DNA of 64,000 nt, from NCBI RefSeq assembly GCF_028641065.1, contig NC_073393.1, forward strand, positions 21,576,001-21,640,000, in the 5' to 3' direction. Source of the stretch: Leucoraja erinacea (lineage: Eukaryota). Below, one piece after another: positions 1-10,900 of the stretch (position 1 is its first letter; each line of letters opens with the position of its first letter). The notes below the pieces were generated by a model. The model did no database searches and was not told the DNA's origin. It saw only the letters and a program-made list of their open reading frames with translations. Both the position numbers and the translations under genes were made by a program.

Positions 1-1126
1 GGTTTAGAGTTTGCTGAACTGGAGGGATTTGTTATTTCGTGCCAATCAAATCTTTCCTGTCAGTCTGTAGAAGGGTCCCAACCCGTAACGCCGACGCCCA
101 TCGCTCCACAGATGCTGTCTGACCCACCGAGCTGCCCTAGCACTTGTCTCTTGTCTAGCACCTGCAGATTCTTGGTTTCCAAATTGTTCTACCCGTTTAA
201 ATCTGTAAGTGTTCCTCCGCTAAGACTATTAATGCACGATGCTGCATTCTACACGAAAGCAACAATCTCAAAACCGGTTCCATTATTTATTCAGTATTGA
301 GTTACCTTTCGCAGAAACACTATAGATATCAGATATTCCCCAAGTGTTGCTCAGCGGGCCAGGCAGCATCTCCTGGAGAGATGCCCTTCTTTTCAGAAGA
401 GAAACAAAGAATTGCAGGTAGACAAAAATGCTGGAGAAACTCAGCAGGTGAGGCAGCAACTGTATGCTACCTCGCCCGCTGAGTTTCTCCAGCATTTTTG
501 TCTACCTTCGATTTTACAGCATCTGCAGTTCCTTCTTAAACAAAGAATTGCAGGTGTTGGTTTATACCAAATTTAGACACAAAGTACTGGAGTAACTCAG
601 CGGGTCAGGCGGCAACTCTGGAGAACATGACTCGGTGGCATTTCAGATCGGGACCTTTCTCCAGACTGCAGAAAGGAAACTCATCCATGTTCTCCAGAAA
701 GGCTGCCTGCCCCGCCGAGTTATCACGGCGCTGTGTGATTTGCAAGATTCCACCTGCAGTTCCTCGCATCTACCGATAAGGACACGGAAAGGCAACGTTT
801 CCTATACAAAAGGTTGGCTTGTTAATTCCCTCCACATATGCTGCCTGACACCCGAATTCCCCCTGACTTCCTCAAGATACCAGCATCTGCAGTTCCTGCT
901 GTCTCTACCTCCCTCCAAGACTACCTCCCTTCTTTCTACCCGAGGTTCCTGATCCTCGTACACCCCCTCCCTCCCCTCCCCACCCCCACCGGCGTTAGCA
1001 AGGCTCGACTAATCCGCCGACGGACAAGCCACGACTTGCCAAACCCAGGCGGAGGGGTTCACCGCGAACATGGGCCATATGAGCGACCGTGAAGCTGGTT
1101 CTGGTTCTAGTTCGTTAGAGGAAGTG

Positions 1127-1386
1127 GAGATAGACACAAAAAGCTGGAGTAACTCAGCGGGTCAGGCAGCATCTCTGGAGAAAAGCAGTAGGTGACGCTT
1201 CGGGTAGAGACCCTTCTTCAGACGAGTCAGGGGGAAGCCATCCCCCAATCTCCAAGTCTGAAGAAGGGTCTCGACCCGAAACGTCACCTATTCCTTTTTT
1301 CCGGAGATGCTGCCTGACCCGCTGAGTTACTCCAGCTTGGTGTGTCTGTCTTCTGTTTAAACCAGCATCTGCAGTTCCTTCATACA
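1127..1386. mobile_element. Penelope-like (PLE) 3'-end fold-back insertion with hammerhead motifs on both arms
   Basis: Inverted arms (gacacaaaaagctggagtaactcagcggg.../...cccgctgagttactccagc) flanked by a diverged direct repeat cgtt(a/g)gagga(a/g)gtg at 1113-1126 and 1387-1400. Confidence 0.8.
1255..1290 (+). ncRNA. Minimal type I hammerhead ribozyme motif (PLE-associated)
   Basis: CTGAAGA (1258-1264), extra A, stem II GGGTC-TC-GACCC, GAAA (1278-1281), CG-TC; predicted cleavage after 1285; stem I is weak in this copy. Confidence 0.65.
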
Positions 1387-3629
1387 CGTTGGAGGAGGTG
1401 AACCAACTGTCCGGGAGAGAGATAGAGAGAGAGGCGGTGGCTCTACTCCCGGGAGCCGGTGCGGGGTAACCGAGTCACTCCCGGGACAGCCGCCGGCGGA
1501 ACGGCACTCGGTCCCGGACTAGAACTGCTCCAAAACCTCCACTGAGTTCTACCAAATCCCATTCCAACGCAGGGGACCCGGCGGCTGCCCGCGGCACGGG
1601 GGGACCCACTGTTCCCGCGACCCCCACGCCAGGGAAACCGAGCCAGGGAGGGGGGAGGGGGGGGAGAATAATCTCTCTGTCAATTTTAGGAGCCGCCCTT
1701 TACCTCCAGTCTCCATTCATTTTCCACGGGACACAGAGCGGCGCTGGTGAGTGCCCCGAGAGAGTGGGGAGGGGCGGCTGCGGGTGTGGAGAGTGGAAGA
1801 GGAGGGGGGAAGAAGGAGGAGGTGAGGAGGGGGGTGGAGGGGGACGAGAGAGAGAGGTGAGGAGCTCGGGACCGTGCGCCGGGCTGGAAGTCGCAGCCGT
1901 GCGGGAGAGAGCGAAGCCCGGGGGTGGGGGAACCGTGGCTGGAAGATGTGACCCCTCCAGCCCGAGGGGGAGGGGATAGGAGGGGTCCAGGGTAGAGGTC
2001 CCATGAGGGGAGGGGAGGGGAGGGGGTTGGAGAGTAACCCCGGGCAAGTGGGTGAGGGGCTGGGGAGAGGAGAAAGCCCCCGGGAGAATGATGGGGGTGA
2101 GAAGAACTGGCTGCGGGGGAGGCGGAGTGGGAAAGAGGAGAGGGGAGAGAGAGGGAGAAGCTAAGGGAGAGGGAGGAGAACCTTCACACCAGGAGCCGGT
2201 AAGTGGAGCCCCGGGAAACTGGAGAGTTCAGGGGAGGGGGACGGGGACGGGGACGTGAGGGTGAGGCGGCCGGAGCGGGACTGAGACCAAACACATGGCG
2301 GACAAAGAGCCCTCCCTCTCGCACCAACCCACCCCGGTTCCCCCATAACCGACACCTCGTCCCCCAGCAGACTAACCCCCCTCCTCCCCGCGGGGGGACG
2401 GCCACAGTCTCGCACCCACACCCACCGTCCGGCTCCGGTTTCAGTCAGCAACAGCACAGAGGTCCAGTTCCCGAGCCGGCGCGGCAGCGACTGGTGTCTG
2501 GGGCGGGACATGGGCGGCTCCTGGCGGCCGCCACTGCTCCCTCCCCCACCCCGCCGACCCTCCTCCTTGTATCCGCCCACTCACCCATTTGCCCCCTCGT
2601 TGTTCGCTCTCTCCGCCACCCGTTTCTAATGTGGATAAAATAGTTCAATGTATTCTGTTTGGTTTTTTTTTAATAGAGTTTTGTTCTTTCAAAATGAGTA
2701 TTAAAAAAAAAAATAGAACTAAGTTTCCACCTTCCCAAAGTTCCCCCAGAGAACCCGACCCTTCCCGTCTCTGATCAGCCTGAAGAAGGCTCCCCTCCAA
2801 ACATGCTGCCTGACCCGCTGAGTGCATCCAGCACTTTGTGTTTTGCTCAAGATTTCGGCATCTGCAGAAAATCTTCAGAGCAAATATTCTCTAGTATCTT
2901 TGGTTCAGAGTCTCCGTCCCCATTTCCGGCCACTCAAGTCAAGTGTTTTATTGTCGTATGTCCCGAATGGAACAATGAAATTCTTACTTGCAGCAGCACA
3001 ACACATAGGTATATATATATATATATATATATAATTTGCACAGCGAGTGGGATGGCAGGTGCGGACTATCTAAAGGCACTATCTGAAGCCAAGTTGTTGG
3101 TACCTTTGTTGCCTACCTGTAACATAAGACCCAACCTAATGAGGCTAGTTGGTGGAGAGTTCACTTGGCATGAGCTCAGACCTGGTAGAGATGTCCTTGG
3201 GGCTTTGTGGCAGACAGACATATGGCTGGTGTGTTTGGCAGAGGGTCTCAGGGGCAGGAGGGGTGAGGGCACAGCTGGTTGGGGAACCCGCGACTGGCTG
3301 TGCCCAAGGGACAAGTAGTCGCGGTGAATTGGGCCCGACCCAATTGCTCAACAGGTGAGTGCTCAACTTCAAGAGTGGTTAATATGCGTCGACAACGGAA
3401 CAATGAAAGTCTTACTGGCAGCAGCTTAACAGGCCGGTAAACACAATACACACAGATAATACTGGAGTAACTCAGCGGGACAGGCAGCATCTCTGGAGAC
3501 CCAAGGGTCTCGACCCGAAACGTCACCCATTTCTCCTCTCCAGAGATGCTGCATTTTGTGTCTGTCTTCGATTTAAACCAGCATCTGCAGTTCTTTCTTA
3601 CACACATAGGTAATATATAGCAATCAAAA

Positions 3630-4080
3630 GGGTGCCACAGTGGCGCAGGGGATAGAGCCGTTGCCTCATGGCGCCCGAGACCCAGGTTCAATCCTGACCA
3701 TGGGTTTTAAGAAGGAACTGCAGATGTTGGTTTATACCAAAGTGCTGGAGTTGCTCAGCGGGACAGGCAGCATCTCTGGAGAAAATGAATAGGTCATGTT
3801 TCACAACGGGGCCCTTCTTCTGACTGAAAGTGGGAATGGGGAGTCGGGGGAGATCCCCGGGTGCTGTCTGTGTGGAGTTTGCACGATTTTCCTTTGACTG
3901 CGTAGGTTTCCTCTGGGTGATCTGGTTTCCTTCCACATTCCAAAGATGTGCAGATATGTAGGTTAATTGCCCTTTGTATATTGCCCCAAGAATATAGGAA
4001 GTGGATGTGAAAGTGGGATAACATAGAACTAGTGTGAACAGGTGTGGATTCGATGGGCTGAAGGATTTTTTCCATGCTGT
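3630..4080 (+). mobile_element. tRNA-derived SINE (HE1/V-SINE-like), interrupted by a PLE fragment (~3710-3830)
   Basis: A-box-like tggcgcagggg and B-box-like ggttcaatcc, followed by the gggtgctgtctgtgtggagtttgcacg...ggttaattg body. Confidence 0.75.
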
Positions 4081-6129
4081 AGTTCATAACCACAATAATG
4101 ACGCACAGAAACTCCCAAAGTCTGTGGTCGACCAAACTCTTTTACCGAGATTGGGGAAACCAGGAACTAGAGGTCAAAGCTTTAAGGTGAGAGGGGAAAG
4201 ATTCCGTGTTGTATCAACCTATGGCACAATCCATAAAATATCACAGCTGCTGAGGTTAGTCGTGATGTGTTCAATAGCATGATGGTTGTTGGGAAGAAGC
4301 TGTTCTTGAACCAGGAGGTAGACACAAAATGCTGGAGTAACGCAGTTAGACAGGCAGCATCTCTGAAGAGAAGGAATGGGTGACCCTGTTTCAGTCTCTT
4401 ATTTCTTCTCCCCAGAGACCCATTGAGTTATTTCAGCATTTGTGTCTATCTTTGGTGTAAACCAGCATCTACAGTTCCTTCCTACACGTTGATCCTAGAA
4501 AATTCTGTTTTTCAGGCTCCTGTACTTTCTTCCCGATGGTGGCAGTGAGATGAGAGAGTGGTGCAGGGTGGTATGATTCTAGATGATCTGATCCTTCAAT
4601 GATCTCCTGGGGTGCTGCAGGATGAGGAATTCAGCTACTGGTGCGTGGAGCTCAACACAGACTGCTCAGCAAAGCCACAAGGTCTTGGACTGCTGCTGTG
4701 TATCTCCTGTGTGAAGAGGCAGGTCCATCCTCGTCAATAAGTAAATAACCACAATAGTAGACAGGAACATGGATAGGACAGGTTTGGAGGAATATGGACC
4801 AAGCGCAGGCAGGTGGGACTAGTGTAGCTGGGACATTGGCCGGTGTGGGCAAGTTGGGCCGAAGGGTCTGTTTCCACACTGTATCACTCTATGACTATGA
4901 CAATACTCATGTACAAAGAAAGTCAGGGAACACAGCACAAGTAGACAGTCCATAGCAACTCCTACATCTCCATCAGGGGGCGTGAGTGAGCAGAGACACT
5001 CACAACATTCATGAAGTAATTAGATGAGTGATTAAATGGTTTCGTATTATAGTTTATTATTTTTGTATTATTAGTTTATTATTGTCACATGGTTCAAGGT
5101 ACAGTGAAAAAAGAACTGCAGATGCTTGTTTATATCATAGATAGACACAAAATGCTGAGTAACTCAGCGGGTCAGCAGGGTCGGGTCGGAAGAAGGATCC
5201 CACCCAAAAAGTCACCCATCTATTTTCTCCAGAGATGCTGCCTGACCTGCTGAGTTGCTTCAGAATGTTGTTTATCTACAGTGAAAAGCTTTTGTTTACG
5301 TGCTTTCGTCACAGAACAAACAATGCATGAATACAACCAAGCTGTCGACAGTGCACAAATAAAGGATAAAAGGCTCCAACATTGTGTGCAAGCTGTAACA
5401 TTGAAATTTGATAATGTCTGATTAAACATAGTTCAAAGGTCTTCAATGAGGTCGATTTCAAGTCAGGACCTCACTCTAGCTGATGAGAGGATGGTTCAGT
5501 TGCCTGCATGCCCGGCTCGCTGCCGTGGTAACGAGAACTAGCCCGGAGAGGTTGCCGCCGAGCCTCTGCCCACCCCGTGCACCGGGGCGGAGGAAGTCAG
5601 ACAAAGTGCCAGTATGTGGACCAGAGACAGGAGATAGTGTGGGTTTTTGATGGAGGAGAGGGCCGCTGGAGGCCCTGCTGCAGTCCAGGGCTTGGCTATG
5701 TCTTCAGAATGCCAATGGCCTACACTCTGCAATCACCTCCCACGCTTCAGTCTACTTCTAAGTCTCAATAAGGATCCCAACCCGAAATGTGGTCAAGAGT
5801 GTTTTATTGTAATATGTACCGAAACGGAACAATGGAGTTCTTACTTGCTGCACCACATTAGGTTTGTAAACACTGGATTCAACAGATATTATAATAAACA
5901 AAGAAAGAAATTCAGTACATTAAAAAAACACAATGTAGAGCAAAACAAGACAAAAGCCTGACAGTTCATAGTTTGAAGTTTAGTTGATATTTACAGTGTT
6001 TAAGAGCCTGATGCTTGTTGGGAAGAAGCTGTTCCTGAACTTGATGGTCTGGCATTTTCAGACACCTGTACCTTCTGTCCGATGGCAGGAATGAAATGAG
6101 ACAATGGCCAGGGCGGTGGGTTTAGAGTT

Positions 6130-7340
6130 TAGTTTAGTGTTTAGAAGAGTCACGACTCCCATATGTCCCAGATAGAACAATGAAATCCTTCCTTGCAAGC
6201 AGCACAATAGAATTTGTAAACATAGTACTATGTAAACAATATAATAAAATGTTAAGTGTGAGTGTACACGCACGCATACATACACATAAAAACAAACAAA
6301 TAATAATGGTGCAAAAAGACAAAACCAATTTATTTGGAGGTTGTAGTGTTTAATAGCCTGATGGCTATAGGGAAGAAGTTGTTCCTGAACCTGGACATTA
6401 GAGTTTTCAGGCTCCCAAAACTTCTTCCCGATGGCAGGAGTGAAATGAGTGCGTGGCCAGGGTGAGTCTCTGATGATGCTGGCTGCCTATTTGAGGCAGT
6501 GACCTCTGTAAATCACTTAGATGGTGGGGAAGTCAGTACTCGTGATGGACTGGGTAGTGTTCGCCACTTTTTGCAGTCTTCTTCTTTCCTGGGCATTCAA
6601 GTTGCAGATTTGAGGAAGGATATTCTTGCCATTGAGGGAGTGCAGCGTAGGTTCACGAGGTTAATTCCCGGGATGGCGGGACTGTCATATGATGAAAGAA
6701 TGGAGTGACTGGACTTGTATTCACTGGAATTTAGAAGGATGAGAGGGTATCCTATAGAAACATGTAAAATTATTAAGGGATTGGACACGCTAGATGCAGG
6801 AAACATGTTCCTGATGTAGATGAGGAAAAACATTTTCACACAGAGTTGTGAATTTGTGGAATTTTCTGCCTCAGAAGGCAGTGGAGGCTGATTCACTGGA
6901 TGCATTCAAAAGAGAGTTAGATAGAGCTCTCAGGGCTAGCGGAATCATGGGATATGGGGGGAAGACAGGAATAGGATATTGATTGTGTTTGATCAGCCAT
7001 GATCACGAATGGCGGTGCTGGCTCGAAGGGACGAATGGCCTATTACTGCACCAATTGTCTATGTATCTATGTAACAAGGCTGCGATGCAACCAGTTAATA
7101 TGCTCTCTACTCTACACCTGCAGAAGTTCAAGAGAGTCCTCTCTGACGTACCAAATCTCCGCAATCTTCTCAGGAAGTAGAGGGGTTGTTTTAAAAAAAA
7201 TAATTGCAACAATGTGCTGTGTCCAGGAAAGATCTTTAGAGGTACGCATGCTCAGGAATTTGAAGCTTTTGCCTCTCTCTATCATCGTCCCATCAACATA
7301 GACACGTTTGTCGTTCTTCATCTTCCTCTTCCAAAGTCCA
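6130..7340 (-). mobile_element. Rex1/Babar-like LINE 3' fragment interrupted by a CR1 insertion
   Basis: - strand peptides SFKFL..DLSWTQH, LYFLRRLRRFG and CRVESILTGCI; host sequence resumes at ~7073 after the CR1 piece. Confidence 0.7.
6606..7072 (+). mobile_element. CR1-like LINE 3' fragment
   Basis: [30 protein letters not shown] peptide, CR1 3' UTR and short tctatgta tail. Confidence 0.85.
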
Positions 7341-7350
7341 AACATTGCGC

Positions 7351-7488
7351 TGATTGGCCAGGGTTTGGTACAGGCGGGCGTTGATTGGCCAGAGTTTGGT
7401 ACAGGCGGGCGTTGATTGGCCAGGGTTTGGTACAGGCGGGCGTTGATTGGCCAGGGTTTGGTCCGGGCGGCCGCTGATTGGCCAGGGT
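7351..7488. repeat. 31-bp tandem repeat, ~4.5 copies, each with an inverted CCAAT box
   Basis: Unit TGATTGGCCAGGGTTTGGTACAGGCGGGCGT starting at 7351, 7382, 7413, 7444 and 7475 (partial). Confidence 0.95.
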
Positions 7489-7903
7489 GAGGGATTCAAC
7501 CGCAATTACGTCATTGACATCAAGCCTCTTCCAACAGGGGTCGTTCGCCTGCAGTCCAGCCGTTCACGCAGCTGCCGGACACAATTTAATAAGAAACCCG
7601 ACACTTAAATTAGGAAATAAAAGACATTTTGTGGAAAATGGCGCGGATTTGGAATGTTGAAGAGACGATGACGTCATTAGATTGTCTCATGAGAGCATTT
7701 GTCCAGAAAACTGCCTGAAGTGGTTTCTAAATTGTTAGAATTAAGATTAGAATTGATCAGGTATCGTGATATTGTCAGTGCGGCTGGAGGAGGCTCTGAG
7801 CGAGTGAGCGGCTGCATCCGGCGCGGGCGGGGCAGTTGCGGGGTCCTGGCGTTGCTGGGGCTGACGTCACTGATCCGGGTCCCGGGCGGGCGCAGTGGCC
7901 AAG

Positions 7904-7992
7904 ATGGCGCCCGTGGAGGAGAGGAAGCTTCTGGGCGCCGCCGCCGCCAACAACCAGGAGGCGGCCGATGAGGACGAGGGGCCCAACCTGTG
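7904..7992 (+). CDS. DYNC1LI2: DYNC1LI2 exon 1 (coding part)
   Basis: Kozak aagATGG; [29 protein letters not shown](W); donor TG|gtaggc. Confidence 0.93.
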
Positions 7993-10900
7993 GTAGGCGG
8001 CGGGGCCGGTCGGCGGCCTCAGGCTGGGCGAGGGAACCGATGTCCGGGAGCGGCCTCAGGCGGTGCGGGCGGGGCCGTTCTCCCGGCTCTGTGGGCGGGG
8101 GCGGGGCAGGCCCACCTTTCCTCGGTCCGATCCCCGCTGGAGCCACTGGCGCCCGGCCACGGTCACGGCCGCTACCGGCCTGGGTCAGGGCCGTCCCTTC
8201 CCACTCAGTCAACCGCGCTGTCGGGCCCTCCTGCAGTCGCCAACCGGACGGTGCGGACGGGCCCTCCTTTCCTCTCGGCCTCCTCTCCACTGTGTCAGCC
8301 GGGCGGGCGGGCGGGCGCGGCTACTACCGGCGCCGGGCCGTCCTGGAGCTGCCAGTCGGCTTCTTTCGGTCTGATCCCCGCTGTAATTGCGGTGTGGGCG
8401 GGCTGGCCCGGTTACTACCGACTCGGGGTCGCGGTGCGGACGGGACCTTCTTGAGCTGTCAGTGCTCCAGAGCCAACTGTGTTATATTGTCATATGTCCC
8501 AATCAGAACAATGAAATTCTTACTTGCACAACAGATACATTCATACATAAAACAAATAATCATAGTGCAAAAAGATAAAACCAATGCCCCCAAGTCTATG
8601 TAGTTTAGAGCTTTTTTGGAGGCTGTAGTGTTTAATAACCGATGGCTGTGGGGAAGAAGCTGTTTCTGAACCTAAATGACACAGTAGTTGGGCTTCTATA
8701 TCTTTGTGGTGTGGTAGGCCATCCTTTTCTGTACTCTGCCTGTTATCGCTCGAGTCTAGAAGAATGAGGGGTGACCTCTTTGAAGCTTACCAAATTGTGA
8801 AAGGTCTTGATAGAGTGGATGCAGAGAGAATGTTTCCACACAAAGGAGAGTCTAGGACCAGCGACCATAGCACCAGAATAATAGGAGGTACCTTTTGAAA
8901 GATGAAGATGAATTTCGTTAGTCTGATGGTGGTAAATATGTGAAATTCATTGCCATAGACGGCAGTAGGGGCAAAGTAGACACAAAATGCTGGAATAACT
9001 CAGTGGGTGAGGCAGCATCTATGGAGAGAAGGAATTGGCGATGTTTTGGGTAAAGACCCTTTTTCAGACTGATGTCAGGTGAGGGGGCGGGACAAGGAAA
9101 GACAGGAAGACAAGTGGGAAAACTGGGGAGGGGATGGAGAGAGAAAGCAAGGGCTACCTGAAGTTCAATGTTCATAACGTTGGGATGCAAACTACCCAAG
9201 CGAAATATGAGGTGCTCTGACAATGGAGGAGGCCCAGGACAGAAAGGTCAGAATGGGAGGGGGAGTTGAAGTGCTGGGCTACTGGGAGATCATTGGCCAT
9301 TTTTAAAGTGAAGATTGACAGGTTCTTGATTAGTAAGGGTGTCAATGGTTACGGGGAGAAGGCAGGAGACTGGGGTTGAGAGGGAATGATAGGTCAGCCA
9401 CGATTGAATAGCAGAATAGACTCAATGGGCTAAATTGATTAATTAAGCTCCTGTGACTTGGGAACATGATATAAAACCAGACCTTGGTGAGGCTGCAAAT
9501 GATTCAATTTTAGTCACCCCCCTCTAGAAAAGATGTCAGTAAGCTGGAAAGAGTACAGAGAAGATTTATGGGGATGTTAGGAGATGTTGGGTAGGGAGAG
9601 GTTGGGCAGGTTAGAACTTGCAGCACAGGAGGCTGAGGAGGTGATCTTATAGAAGGGAACAATGATGGAATATTCAATAGATAGGGTGAATGCACAGTAT
9701 TTTACCCAGAGGGTGAGAGGGCAAAGATTTAATAGGAAGCTGAAGGGCAACTTTTTCACACAGAGGGTGGTGGGTATATGGAACAAGTTGCCAGAGGAAG
9801 TAGTTGAGGCTGGTACAATAACATTTACAAGACATTTGGACAGATACATGGATAGGAAAGGTTTAAATGGATATGGGCCGAATGAAGGCAAATGGGACTG
9901 CTTAGATGGGACATTTTGATCAGCATGGAAGAGTTGGGCCCGAAGGGTTTATTTCTGAGCTATATAACTCTAAACTGCTACATGTTTTGGCAGAAAGACA
10001 ATATCTGACTATGGAGTATTTCCAGCAATTTCTGCTTTCATTAACAAGCGGTTGGGAAAGAAAATGCTGCCATTGCCTGTGAAATGACTGGAAAAGTACG
10101 ATATAAAATGCAAGTGTTTTTCTTTCAGGACCTCTATCCTCAGTGAAGTCTCCACCCGGTCTCGGTCAAAACTGCCCACAGGGAAAAATATTCTTGTGCT
10201 TGGTAAGGCTGGAGCTCACCGCATATATTTCTCCTAAAATCAGACAGTACTTACAAAGAGTAATGCAAGCAGCGTGTTACATTTCAGTGTAATTTATGTT
10301 GCAATATTGTTGAATGCTATAAAATGATAAAAGTTTAATCTCATCTAACGAAATCTATTTATAATTGAAATTGAAATGTTTAAAGTAATATTTAAAAATT
10401 CAGTATATATATTGAAGACCCTAGGAACTGCTGATTTTGGAATCGTAAAACACAATGCTGGAGTAACTCAGCAGGTCAGGCAGCATCTCCAGAGGACATG
10501 GATAAAATGAGTCAATTTTCGGGACATCGATCAGAGCCTGATGAGTCCCCACCCAAAACGTCACCCATCCATGTCCTCCAGAGATGCTGCCTGACCTGCT
10601 GAGTTACTCCAGCACTTTGTGTTTTACATCATTGCCTTCTTTTGGGAGGGATATTTACCTGGACCAATTGTTTTTTGCATTTTGTTCCTAAATATTACTT
10701 CATCTAATTAATGCCATTATTACTAATATTGACTCATTGCTGAACCTCCAGGTGAGGATGGATCAGGCAAGACAACACTCATGGCCAAGCTCCAAGGTGC
10801 AGAGCACAACAAGAAAGGGAGGGGCCTGGAATATTTATACCTGAACATACACGACGAAGACCGAGATGGTCAGTGAGTCATCAGTGAAAATCATGTGTGG

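Larger units (their letters stand above)
950..2625 (-). promoter_or_regulatory. Second CpG island; probable promoter/5' exons of an unidentified divergent gene
   Basis: CpG-rich with a strong purine skew and GC boxes at ~2550-2580. The - strand has donor-like sites near 2425 and 1703, and a candidate exon 1743-1704 with gaaaATG. Confidence 0.5.
7345..8450 (+). promoter_or_regulatory. CpG-island promoter of DYNC1LI2 with CCAAT, GC-box, CRE and YY1 motifs
   Basis: High GC/CpG around exon 1. Full CRE TGACGTCA at 7669-7676 and 7862-7869, TTACGTCA at 7506-7513. YY1-type AAAATGGCG at 7635-7643 and AAGATGGCG at 7901-7909, overlapping the ATG. Confidence 0.85.

Noticed and set aside
1700-2648. Overlapping Pro/Gly-rich ORFs in the upstream island
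   Set aside because: Composition artefacts of G-run sequence with no recognisable domain.
3630-3700. tRNA gene (also 48190-48260, 63845-63915)
   Set aside because: A/B boxes continue into SINE body sequence and there is no complete cloverleaf. These are SINE heads.
3040-5780. Possible + strand exons between the two CpG islands (donor CAG|GTGAGT at 3355; segments 4621-4730, 5510-5770), e.g. TERB1 3' exons
   Set aside because: No recognisable protein similarity or consistent exon chain. A lncRNA cannot be excluded but is unsupported.
7351-7488. CRISPR-like array (31-bp periodicity)
   Set aside because: The units are contiguous with no unique spacers, there are no cas genes, and the context is eukaryotic. 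It is a minisatellite.
7699-8603. Long GC-rich ORFs (e.g. 7836-8603, 255 aa; 7775-8290) as genes
   Set aside because: Low-complexity G/R/P/A translations caused by stop-codon depletion in the CpG island. The real exon 1 is 7904-7992 in another frame.
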